DNA of 63,238 nucleotides, counting the filler, from Octopus bimaculoides (Eukaryota), in assembly GCF_001194135.2 (NCBI RefSeq). It is 6 parts of 6 records of this genome, joined end to end, with 100 filler letters (N's around TTAATTAATTAA, not from the genome) between each part and the next. Parts side by side here need not be neighbours in the genome. Positions count along the whole stretch, not along the records: positions 1 to 9,958 come from NC_068989.1; positions 10,059 to 36,190 come from NC_069008.1; 4 more parts are not named here. One strand, given 5' to 3'. Every line of letters begins with the position of its first letter. Position 1 is the first letter of the stretch. The notes beneath the pieces are model-generated. The model searched no databases, had not been told where the DNA came from, and saw only the letters and a list, made by a program, of their open reading frames with translations. Below, piece after piece: positions 1-10,716 of the stretch. The translations under genes and the position numbers were made by a program.

Positions 1-36
1 TATATATATATATATGTATATATATATGATAAAAGG

Positions 37-230
37 GAGTTAGGGGTTGAGGATCCAACCCACTAAGGGATAATATCTATCCAATATACTGCTGGAAGGG
101 TACCCAATTATCGTTGCACTAGTGTTTTACCAAGTGCAATAAGTGGGTGCGGGTAAAAGGGGATTTTACCCTAAATTTATATAGCAATAAGAAAATGGAG
201 GCGAATATCAGGTTCTCATCAACTTGCAGA
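37..230 (+). repeat. Dispersed ~195-bp repeat flanked by (TA)n; second copy at 23302-23498
   Basis: GAGTTAGGGGTTGAGGAT...AAGTGGGTGCGGGTAAAA...ACTTGCAGA aligns by eye with 23302-23498. Confidence 0.8.
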
Positions 231-377
231 CACTGTACTCTGTTGATTAATCCGTTTATTTTACAAGCAAAAGGACAATAAAGACACTTATGACATACTA
301 TGTCATATCAACAATTAAAATTTCAAATTTAAAAGGACATCCAATAACCGAAGAAGTGACATATAGATATTAAATAG

Positions 378-616
378 TGTACATTTAAACACAAGAGAAA
401 TTACTTATAACAGGCAATTCCTACACGCTAGGAGACAGTCAAAACGACCGGGAACCACAAAATTTAAGCAAAGGGAATTAAAAACAAGGTAAACGTCTTT
501 TTAATTTTCATTCCCTTTGAAATTGCTTAAATTTTGTGGTTTCCGGTCGTTTTGACTGTCTCCTAGCGTGTAGGAATTGCCTGTTATAGGTAATCTCTCT
601 TGTGTTTAAATGTACA
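378..616. mobile_element. Foldback/MITE-like element, 94-bp inverted arms
   Basis: 378-471 is the reverse complement of 523-616 with 3 mismatches; 51-nt spacer. Confidence 0.7.
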
Positions 617-2428
617 GTATTTCATATTGAATAATATGTCGTCTATTGACTTTTTATAGATGGTAGGCCACTGGTAGTGAAATTTAAAAAAATATCTGCT
701 ACCATATATATGTATATATACNNNNNNNNNNNNNNNNNNNNNNNNNNNNNNNNNNNNNNNNNNNNNNNNNNNNNNNNNNNNNNNNNNNNNNNNNNATATA
801 TATATATATATATATACATATATATACATATACTAGATACCCGTGACCCGTGGTGTCACCGGGAAACTGAGTTTCTCACCAACAGAGTTTTGTTTCGTGC
901 GTTGGAAAGATTTGGCTGCTATTTTTTGCACGCCCTGCTACCACGTAACAGCTATTTCGGGTCCGTTATCGCAAACAGCTGTTACGTGGTAGCAGGGCGT
1001 GCTAGAAATAGCAGCCAAATCTCTGGAGGAGAGATACGTTGAATGCACTCGAAAAAGACTATTTCACACTGAGGATACGAACGGGTCTTTTACGAAATAT
1101 CTACCGCATTTTCAAAGTCATTTTCACTTCAGAATATTTTTTGAATATGACAAACAAAATTTTTGTAATGGTATTCAATTGAAAATAATTTTAAAAAACA
1201 TTGAAATACTGTCTGTTTAAAGAACGATAAAATATACATACTTACTATACAAACAGCTTACATTTTTGAAATCACATTCACTTAAAAATATTTGTAAATG
1301 GTTAAAATTTTGTATTTAACAAAAGCGAAAATAGAAATTGTAAAAAAAAGATGCTTTTTTTTTTTCGTTGTCAACTCACTGTCTAATTGAAAGATAAGAG
1401 TTTTTTTCCCTTCTAGGAGAAGACTATTTTCGGAACATTTTCCCATTATGCACCGTTTTGGATATTTATACCCTGGAAATCTCTAATATCTGGAAAACCA
1501 CTTCACCGATTTACGTGAAATTTGTTTCATTCGATTCGTATTAACATTTCAAGGCAAACTTAATTCATGGTATTTTCCCATTATGAGCCAATAATAATAA
1601 TAATAACAATAATAATAATATTGGACCTCCGCGCTGAATAAGAGATAGGAGCTTCGCGCTGAATAACTGTATAACAACATGGATGTGCTACACCGGGCTC
1701 TACATTCAAAAACAAATTTAATCTAATAACATCGGTGGAATAGGATAAAGGAACGTGTAGAAGACTTGAAGGAAGCGGTCTTTCAACGAAAATAACCACA
1801 AAAACGAAATTTTACGGCCATACAAAGCACGGTTTCTCCTATGCACGATGTTTCAGTGAAACATGTGCGAAACACACAGGCGAAATCAACACCGGAAAGT
1901 TTACAAATTATAGAATATGAATGGAACAAAACAGTATGTACATAAATTGAGTAATTACGCATAAACTCGAATGTCTACACAATCACATATATTTTTTAAT
2001 ACCCATAGGACTACACATACATCCCAATGTTTACACAACTACGTGAATCTTACAGGACACACATACACGCATATGAAAATATGTATCACAAACGAAGCAA
2101 AAAAATAGACTATTTTTTTATTTTTCGAACTAACACAGACAGGGTGAACAATTCATAAGTTTTAAAACACCACAAAAATCTATGCCCGGTGATAAATCTA
2201 TCAACAAAAAAATACAGACGAATACAGATCTGTTATCCTTAAGAAGCTACGTTACGAGTTATGTTTACATGCAGAGAACTCGGAGGCGGTGTTGTCTCAA
2301 AAACTTAACTCTAAACAGACAGATCCGTCCCCTGATATCAACGTCCAAGCTCGTCATATCTCAATGATAACAAAACAAAATACAAACCTGTAAGTCGTCA
2401 CCCGGAACACCAAGAACCACGTACTCGA

Positions 2429-3420
2429 ATGATGAACCAGATTCGGTACGAAAAATCAGCTACTGGTTCAAATCGTCCTGAAACACAGGAGCTGGAAGTA
2501 CCCCACAATCTGAATATTCCAACAGATGGCCATCCATGCTCGTCATCAAATAATCAAAAGAAAAAAATGAAAACGGTCTAGGGGAGATGATAAAGAAGTT
2601 CTTACAGCCTTCTACCACGCCATATATTTCCCCACATATAAATCTAATGCTGTACAAACCTACTTAAACTGGAGACAGAAACACCTTGAAGTAAGACCCT
2701 ACATAGACAACAGTAACAAACTTGCCAATGTCAGAAGAAACATTATGAAAAAGAAATTACTAACTGAATTAGAGATTGACCAAATTAAACAATCAGTAAG
2801 GGATAAAAGGAAGATACTATAGAGGAAATAATTATAGACTAACCCAGGGCTGATGAAAATGTAATAATAATTGAAAGAGTCAATGTAACTGATAAGAAAA
2901 ATGAAATACTCTCTGAATCAACCATAAAAAACTGAAGCAGATGAAAACCAAATAGATGAGAAAGTCACACAGAAATTGACCCAACAGAACTACATGATCT
3001 AAAAAATCAAATCATGATTGAATGGCAGAAAATTAAAGAAACTAGTATGAATGAACGCTACACTCTCCCACTGTTCAAACATAAAATGACAGAAACGTCC
3101 AATATTAAATTTGACCAGCAGAATGTCATAAAGGAATTAGAACCAGCGGAGAGCTACAAATACCTAGAGGTATTTGAAGGGGACGGAATCAAACATTCAG
3201 TGATGAGGGAAAGGATCAGAAGAGAATATTATCGCAGGGTAAGGGCAATACTCAAGACAGCTGAATGCAAGAAACAAGATCGAAGCAATCAATACTTTAG
3301 CCATATCAGTCGTGACTTACAGTTTCAATATCATTAACTGATCAATTACTGAAATATGTAATCTTGACAGAAAAATACGACAATCGTTGACAATGCATAG
3401 AATGCATAACGTCCAAGATA
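2429..3420 (+). mobile_element. Decayed R4/Dong-clade non-LTR retrotransposon (N-terminal ORF plus post-RT region, internally deleted)
   Basis: Degenerate translations DDKEVLTAFYHAI..TYLNWRQK, NKLANVRRNIMKK and ESYKYLEVFEGDGIKHSVMRERIRREYYRRVRAILKT; several stops and frameshifts. Confidence 0.7.
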
Positions 3421-3904
3421 TACTGGTACAAGGATTTGTTCCTCATTTTTAAAAGAAGATATATGGTGGTTTCTTGCTTCGATCACTGTAGAGAATCTGA
3501 CATCGACTGTTCCATTATAGTGACTGCTACGAGTGATAAAAGTTTTTTGAGTCAGAACGGATTTCATGTAATTTCCTCTTTGGGATAGGTTTTGTCTTTC
3601 AGCCCGTCTACTTTTTGCCCTATGCATCGGTAAGTTACCGTGGGCCTCTTGAGTTATTTAACAATATATTCTGCTTAATTGGAATTAATCGTTTGTCCTA
3701 CTCTACTAACCAAATTTTTCGACTGTGATAGGTTTTCCATTTTTGAAATAGTTTCCCATACCATAGTTGCAGTGGCAATTTCATCCCCATTCTTAGCACA
3801 TACTCAGCTGTAAATGATTTGAGTGCTGATGGAGTAGTCAGCTATGGAAGTCATTTTAGAGGTTGTGATGAAGCCTGTTTGTCGAAAGCTTGGTTTTATG
3901 TTGT

Positions 3905-4330
3905 TGAGGTGGTGATGACGGTAGCGGTAGTGTTATTGCTTTATTACTGTTGTCGCTGTCCACTACTGAAGTGGTTGTGGTGGTAGTGGTGGTGGTGGTG
4001 GCAATGCCGTGATGGCTGATGGTCGCGATGTTTTAGTGTTCCGTGAGAAGTTGTTGCTTGCAAAAGAACTGTGTTTTTATTGTTGATATTGTGGTTCCCA
4101 GCGATTGTAGTAGCTTTGCTTGTTATAGTTTTTGCTGCAGTTGTTTGATGTTGTTGTTGTTTACTTTTGTCGTAGTCGTTGGCATTCATAATGGTGGTGA
4201 TAGTGGTGACGTCATTGTCACCGTCCATTCTTTGTAATTGTTGCCATTGTTGTCGATGTTGGTGTTGTTGCTCTTTTCATCACTGCCACCTGTTGCGTTG
4301 ACATTGGTGGTGGTGGTGGTGGTGGTGGTG
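3905..4330. repeat. Low-complexity (GTT/GGT)n tract running into a gap
   Basis: Degenerate trinucleotide repeats; N-gap 4331-5079. Confidence 0.85.
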
Positions 4331-5109
4331 NNNNNNNNNNNNNNNNNNNNNNNNNNNNNNNNNNNNNNNNNNNNNNNNNNNNNNNNNNNNNNNNNNNNNN
4401 NNNNNNNNNNNNNNNNNNNNNNNNNNNNNNNNNNNNNNNNNNNNNNNNNNNNNNNNNNNNNNNNNNNNNNNNNNNNNNNNNNNNNNNNNNNNNNNNNNNN
4501 NNNNNNNNNNNNNNNNNNNNNNNNNNNNNNNNNNNNNNNNNNNNNNNNNNNNNNNNNNNNNNNNNNNNNNNNNNNNNNNNNNNNNNNNNNNNNNNNNNNN
4601 NNNNNNNNNNNNNNNNNNNNNNNNNNNNNNNNNNNNNNNNNNNNNNNNNNNNNNNNNNNNNNNNNNNNNNNNNNNNNNNNNNNNNNNNNNNNNNNNNNNN
4701 NNNNNNNNNNNNNNNNNNNNNNNNNNNNNNNNNNNNNNNNNNNNNNNNNNNNNNNNNNNNNNNNNNNNNNNNNNNNNNNNNNNNNNNNNNNNNNNNNNNN
4801 NNNNNNNNNNNNNNNNNNNNNNNNNNNNNNNNNNNNNNNNNNNNNNNNNNNNNNNNNNNNNNNNNNNNNNNNNNNNNNNNNNNNNNNNNNNNNNNNNNNN
4901 NNNNNNNNNNNNNNNNNNNNNNNNNNNNNNNNNNNNNNNNNNNNNNNNNNNNNNNNNNNNNNNNNNNNNNNNNNNNNNNNNNNNNNNNNNNNNNNNNNNN
5001 NNNNNNNNNNNNNNNNNNNNNNNNNNNNNNNNNNNNNNNNNNNNNNNNNNNNNNNNNNNNNNNNNNNNNNNNNNNNNNNGAGGAGGAGGAGGAGGAGGAA
5101 GAAAAAGCA

Positions 5110-5520
5110 TCTAAGCGTCCTGGATACACTAGAAGGTCTTTGATAGTCTTCTTCACAGCTGGATAAAGCAATGTTTGGAGATGTTCAAAATTTCACTAGT
5201 AATCTGGAATTTTGCATAAAGAACTGGAAAACGACATTAATTCTCGACATTGACACTACGAATATAAACGCTGGACAGCTCAATATTAATTGTGGAATCT
5301 TTCAAGGAGACCCATCATCTCTGTTATTCTGCTTAGCACTGTTTCATCCCAGTGATAGCATCATAATGGAATGTAGACCTGACAAATGAGCTAAGCTTAC
5401 GTTTAGCAAGGGAAAACTATCAAACACATGCAGCATCATCCTAGGCAGAGACATCGATATAAATGAATTAGAACATTAGGGAAGTAATAAGTATCTATGA
5501 GCATTTTAAGGAGATGGGAT
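5110..5520 (+). mobile_element. R4/Dong-type reverse transcriptase fragment
   Basis: KVFDSLLHSWIKQC (RT domain 3 KAFDS motif), NINCGIFQGDPSSLLFCLAL (QGD motif) and downstream KYL motif, all degenerate. Confidence 0.75.
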
Positions 5521-5674
5521 TAAACCCTCAGAATGGACTAAACAGAACAGGGGGAGACACACGGGATGAAAAGTCATTGGAGAGGTCACTGGTGTATGAC
5601 AAAAGGTTTCCAAACAATGGGTATGAAATAAGAAAAGTAAAAAGCAAATGAAGAACGAATATATAGTGCAGGTA

Positions 5675-5957
5675 TGTTGTATAGTAAAACTGTATACCCC
5701 TCCTGGTGGGAGAGGCTATTATAAATAGACCAGTAGTCGATCGTCAAGAGAGGGTCGAGAGTCGACAGTTCTAGTCGGAGTCTTGAGGAGCTATCAGTGA
5801 AAGTAAGACAGAATAAGTTAGTGTATTACTATTTCGCTACGAAGAGATACAACGGTATCTGATGACTAGTAACTATTATGGCTACTAGTGTAAAACAGCA
5901 ACTACAGTACAACGACAATCCCATGTTACACCAGCGGGAGGAACTCACTTTACAACA
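5675..5957 (+). mobile_element. 5' LTR (283 bp) of a Ty3/gypsy element
   Basis: Termini TGTTGTA...TACAACA (7-bp inverted), followed directly by AAGGCGTCGAGG resembling a TGGCGACGAG-type PBS, then gag. Confidence 0.7.
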
Positions 5958-6103
5958 AAGGCGTCGAGGAAAAAGAAATTTACGCAGGGTAAAAGAAAAA
6001 AACATTCACACGGCGAGTTTAAACTAATTTACGTGGAAAATTAAATAACTCGACATAATAGAAACAAAAATTTTGTTGTGCAAACTTACGAAAATCGTAA
6101 AAT

Positions 6104-7780
6104 ATGGAAGATTTGTTAGCTGGGGTAGCTGAGTTGCAAAAACAGAAACAACAACAACTCAAGGAACAACGAGAACAACAACAAGGATTGCAGCAGCAAA
6201 TGTTACAATTAATAAAGTTGATAACCAAACCGGAGAATACATTTTCGCCTGACCATGTAGCAAATTCCATAAGAGAATTCAAATATGACCTCAAAGAAGG
6301 AGTAACCTTCAAGGCTTACTTTTGAAGATTTCAACAAATTTTTGAAAAAGAATGTCAGAATTGGACGGACGAAATGAAAGTGCGTCTTGTTTTAACAAAA
6401 CTAGCAACATGAGAAGTATAGTAACTTCATATTGCCCAAAAAAAGCTTCCGACATAAATTTCACCCAAACAGTTGACATTGTGTGCAAAAGGTTTAGTGA
6501 AAAGAGCTCACTGTTTAATACTAGATGGAAATGTTTAAACATAGAAAAGTGCGAAGATGAAGACTTCACTGCTTACACAGGCAGAGTCAACAAAGAATGT
6601 GAGAGATTTAGGCTGGATATGCTTATTCCAGATTTTTTCAAATGTTTGAGTTTTGTACAAGGATTGACAGATAAAAGGTATGCATAATCCGAACAAAAAG
6701 TCTAGCAAAACTGGAAATGAAACAGGATTTGCCATTGCAGAAACTATCGGAAGAGTGTGACATATTATTAAAATTAAGGTATGGCACAGAAGAAATTCAA
6801 TGGAAAGAGTGTTTTCACATAAGACCAATGCAAAATTGTCGGAAGACAAATAAAGTGTTGCAGTAAAAGATAAAGAAAAAATATCAGGATGGAGACCCAT
6901 GTATGGCATGTGGTGGAATGCATCTGAAAAAAGATTGAGCGTATAAAAAAGCAAAGTGTTTTCACTGCGGGTGAATGCTAATGTGTTGAACAAATTCATG
7001 AATTTCTTTGGCACCGTATGTATGAAGAAATTCAATTTATGGGATACACCCATAAGCGTTTTGTGCAATAACGTAAACGGAGCAGTCAAACGATCGAACG
7101 AGGTCGATGAACTGAGACAAAAATTGAAAGAAACTTTCCCAAAAGTTTTTTCGTGGAGTTTAGGCTTTTGCACATAAACAAAAGTAAGGACTGCTAACAA
7201 AGAAAATTCAACACCTATTTTCAGGCCCAAACAGAACGTGCCGTTTGCGGCAGTAGACCATGTCAATAAAGAATTAGAAAGGCTGGAAAACTTGAATATG
7301 CAGACTGGGTAGCACTGGCGATCTACGTAAAAAAAAAAAATTAAATAAGCTAAGAGAGTGTGCAGACTTCTCAATCAGATTAAATGACTGTTTACTCACA
7401 CACAATTACCCACTACCAAACCTAGAAGTATTTGCTAAACTAAACGGAGGGAAAATTTTCTCGAAGTTAGACCTCTCAGAGGCGTATCTTCGAATTCAGT
7501 TAGAGAAAGAATGCACACTTTTACCAATAATCAACACGCACCGTGGATTGTACAAGTTCAAACGACTGCCATATTCCAACAAATAATGGATGCGATGTTA
7601 AGTGATTGCGACTTCGCCATCGCATACCTCGACGACATTTTGATAAAGAGCAAGTTTCGGGTGCAATACGTGGAATACATAAAGAAAATATTTCTAGAGA
7701 ATTAGTGAATATGAGCTAAAACTGACAGAAGAAAAATACGAATTTTTTGTGGGGAAAATAAAATGCCTAGGTCAAGTAGA
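6104..7780 (+). mobile_element. Decayed Ty3/gypsy (K02A2.6-like) gag-pol, 3'-truncated inside RT
   Basis: gag-like FSEKSSLFNTRWKCLNIEK..DFTAYTGRVNKECERF; RT motifs PIFRPKQNVPFAA, KLNGGKIFSKLDLSEAYL and AYLDDILI (YLDD at 7625-7636); stops and frameshifts. Confidence 0.85.
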
Positions 7781-8132
7781 GATGTAAGTGTTTTGTATAT
7801 CGTTCTAATGCACATTATGGGCCTGTAGTTCTTTGGGGGGTTTTTTCATCAATTTGAGGAAGGAAAAGAGTGGTAGCTATTCTGGGATCATTTGAGCTTC
7901 CTTCATTCATGTGTTGCAACAGCAAGCAATTTCCTGTGTGAGTCAGTAAACAAACTGAACCAATATGAAGATGGGCTGAAAATTTACATAGGCTGATGCT
8001 AGAGCTGTGAAACCTGAAATGTATTAATTTCATCTCTTCTTTTTAATAGCCGCATTGTTTCGTTTCAGGTAAACTGACACCTGACTGTACAAAGAACACT
8101 TTAAAAGTAACTAGCTGCAACTTCTCTTGAAA

Positions 8133-8972
8133 ATGAACAAAATTTCGCATCGTGGTGTTATCAAGCATCTTCAGAAAAAGGATTAAACTCCCAAGGATAT
8201 TCATGCTGATATTATTGCTACATTAGGGGATGACACTCCAGCTTTATCAACTGTGCAAAAGTGGAAAGCTAAATTTAGGAGGGGAAGAGAGAGTCCATAT
8301 GATTACCTAAGTTCTGGAGTCCTGAAACTACCATCACCGAGGAAAACATTGATCGTGTTAACCACATGATGATGGATGGTAGGCGATTGGCAATAAATCA
8401 AATAGTCAATGTTATAAGCATATCCTGTGAGAGAGTTGAGAATATTCTGCTCAATGAAATTTGCATGACGAAGGTTTCTGCTCGGTGGGTGCCACAACTT
8501 CTGATGCCCGATGAAAAGCGCACCAGGCTGGTCACAATACAGGAAACCCGGACATTCTTTGAGACAGATCCACCTGGTTTCCTTGAACGTTTCATAAGCC
8601 AGGATGAGTGTTAGTTTCATCACTTTGAGCCAGAGACAAAGAAACAATGCATGCAGTGGAAACACCCCTCCTTATCTACTCCAAAGAAGGCCAAGGTCAT
8701 TTCATCTGCAGAGAAGTTGACGGCCTCGGTTTTTTTCTTGGAGGGTGCAATAAGCATTGTGTTCATTGATTATCTTGAGAAGGTTCACACCATCAATGGA
8801 GAGCACTATCTCAAATTACTCACACAGTTACAGAAGGCTATCAAGACGAAACGCTCAGGAAAATTGACAGAACTTATCATGTTTCATCAGGACAATGCAT
8901 GCTCCAGCACACAAGCCCTCGGTTTCAATGGTTGCTGTGCGTGACTGTGGCTTTGAACTAGTTCTTCACCAA
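8133..8972 (+). mobile_element. Mariner transposase pseudogene (probably irritans/Himar-like)
   Basis: HTH-like N terminus STVQKWKAKF, WVPQLL (WVPHEL motif), SQDEC (TGDETW motif), MFHQDNA; third-D region lost. Confidence 0.85.
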
Positions 8973-9149
8973 TAGGATCCAAGCACTGCAAACTGTCAGC
9001 AGAAGTCTGTATTGAAAAATAAACCTCATTTGGTCAGATTCGAGCCTATGAATTTTTTAGCTGACTCTCATAAACACATTGAGATGCATGCTTGCATACC
9101 ACTGCATCGGAACAAAACCTCGTCGGGTTGAAAATGCTACCGGGGCCCA

Positions 9150-9660
9150 GGTACAAGAGTAAACAATAATACGATGCTGAAAGGCATGCGAACAGAGACT
9201 TTCTTCTTTGTAGATTCAAGTTTCACTTGAAAACGAAAATGAGGGTAGAGAGAGTTACTGCCCTCATGCGAAATTATTGAAACATGGGTGGAAGTTGCAA
9301 AAATGGCAAGAGTGGATGGCACCAGTTTAAGTATAGATCTGTGAGTCAGAGAAATGGGACTGGAGGGAGCACTTGGTGTTCTAATAAGTCTTGGATGGTA
9401 AGATTCCTCGATTGTCTCTCGAAGTCCTACCGTATCAACACGACATCACTATTACACTTATTTTACAGATGTATACTTTGTATATTTCTTCCTTCAATTT
9501 CATTGTTTAACGTATATACCTTTTACATTTTTATCTTATTCATGTACATTTTATCTTTATTTTTTATGTTGTATTTTATTTTTATTATTTCATTTTGTGT
9601 ATACTTACCACATTTATGTCTGTCTTTGCCCCTCATCCATTGCCCCGGTAGCAAATAAAA
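9150..9660 (+). mobile_element. 3' end of an L1/Tx1-like LINE ORF2 plus 3' UTR
   Basis: Translation LKGMRTETFL..FKFHLKTKMRVER, AT-rich UTR, AATAAA at about 9654; appears to be the same family as 62292-62640. Confidence 0.5.
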
Positions 9661-9664
9661 GAAA

Positions 9665-9666
<2 letters not shown>

Positions 9667-9717
<51 letters not shown>
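9667..9717. repeat. (ATT)17 microsatellite, i.e. the (TAA)n tail/target of the adjacent minus-strand R4 element
   Basis: Perfect ATT run abutting the 3' UTR of the element at 9720-9958. Confidence 0.85.
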
Positions 9718-9719
<2 letters not shown>

Positions 9720-9720
<1 letters not shown>

Positions 9721-9958
9721 TAGTTTTATTTTTATAACGTGCTTTCACTTCACTACCGAGCGCAGCTCTGTGCGCCTTGGGTATGTGCTGTGGTTTGCTG
9801 TGGTGCTCTTATGTTTACTGTATTGAAAGTGTTTTGCGTAGAATGTGTGCAGTACCCAGTAGTGCAATTTTCTGTATGTTATATATATTTGTAAGTCCTG
9901 GTGTTTTTGTTATGTATTTGTCTGAATATTTTTTTATTATACCTAAGGCACCTACTAT
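9720..9958 (-). mobile_element. 3' terminus of an R4/Dong-clade LINE (end of REL endonuclease domain plus UTR)
   Basis: Minus translation IVGALGIIKKYSDKYITKTPGLTNIYNIQKIALLGTAHILRKTLSIQ* (stop at 9815-9817), intact up to the gap. Confidence 0.8.
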
Positions 9959-10058
9959 NNNNNNNNNNNNNNNNNNNNNNNNNNNNNNNNNNNNNNNNNN
10001 NNTTAATTAATTAANNNNNNNNNNNNNNNNNNNNNNNNNNNNNNNNNNNNNNNNNNNN
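9959..10058. other. Artificial scaffold join 44N-TTAATTAATTAA-44N (also 36191-36290, 49389-49488, 57707-57806, 61992-62091)
   Basis: Identical 100-nt layout five times; the 12-mer is a palindrome with stops in all six frames. Confidence 0.95.
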
Positions 10059-10209
10059 CCATGCATATCTTTTTGGGAAGTCATAGCAGATAAAGCCTTC
10101 AGTCCTTTCTATCAGATCAGCTGCAGGGACATGCACTGTTACCATGAACTGCTGCATTCACCATCTGTCGATATATTCCTCGATCCTCTCACATGATCCA
10201 TTGAGCAGA

Positions 10210-10340
10210 GTCCTTGCCGGAGCCTCATGGGGCTTTAGGTGTTTTCACTCAATAAACACTCACAACGCCCAGGCTGGAAATCGAAACTGTGATCCTACAA
10301 CTGCGAGTCCACTGCCCTAACCACTGAGCCATTGCACTCT
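10210..10340 (-). mobile_element. tRNA-derived SINE head
   Basis: Minus-strand A box TGGCTCAGTGG (10321-10331) and B box GTTTCGATTTCC (10276-10287); body GCCGGAGCCTC..GCTTT shared with 60370-60624. Confidence 0.75.
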
Positions 10341-10461
10341 CTCTCTCTATATATATATATGTGTGTGTGTGTGGTTGTGTAGATGGAGTTTAGTAATATC
10401 TTAGCTTCACAGGTGATTTCCTGATGTAAATTTTAATAGATTAAAAAGTTCCTTTGTTCAG

Positions 10462-10560
10462 GTAAATGTTTATTTTTTTAATTTATCTCTATGGAAATGT
10501 TGAATCTGTATTTTTTAAGTAGTCTCTATATCTTACACTGTCATCTTTTTATTCTTTCAG
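10462..10560 (+). other. 99-nt intron in the 5' UTR of ZF gene 1 (homologues 16763-17066 and 26246-26344; acceptor only at 32774)
   Basis: CAG|GTAAAT donor and TTCTTTCAG| acceptor conserved between paralogues; length 99 nt in copies 1 and 4, and in copy 2 after removing its insertion. Confidence 0.7.
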
Positions 10561-10716
10561 AATATCAGATGACAGTGGTATAAACCTAGATTCATTTTCG
10601 TTTGAAACTTGGATTAATTCACTAAAGAGTTTTGGCACAAAGGTAACACTGGCAGAAGATTATTGAAGCAAAAAACAAGAAAAAGATCATATTTTGTGAT
10701 TTTTCGAAGAAAAGTA

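Noticed and set aside
830-1560. Possible Helitron-like element starting TACTAGATACCCG
   Set aside because: Only a vague terminal resemblance; no 3' hairpin/CTRR end or second copy could be established.
4218-5171. Long ORFs of 276-317 aa at 4.2-5.2 kb, and 234-264 aa at 60.5-61.3 kb
   Set aside because: Almost entirely N-gap.
6535-7374. 279-aa minus-strand ORF
   Set aside because: Antisense to the decayed gypsy gag-pol; no recognisable motifs.
10003-10014. TTAATTAATTAA palindrome occurring five times
   Set aside because: Always centred in exactly 44N+44N; it is an assembly spacer with stops in all six frames, not biology.
10210-10340. tRNA gene
   Set aside because: A/B boxes are present, but the sequence continues into a SINE body and no full cloverleaf could be supported.
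10663-10716. N-terminal extension of ZF1 (MKQKTRK...)
   Set aside because: It starts at TTG, and paralogues are closed or frameshifted upstream of the MEKS ATG.
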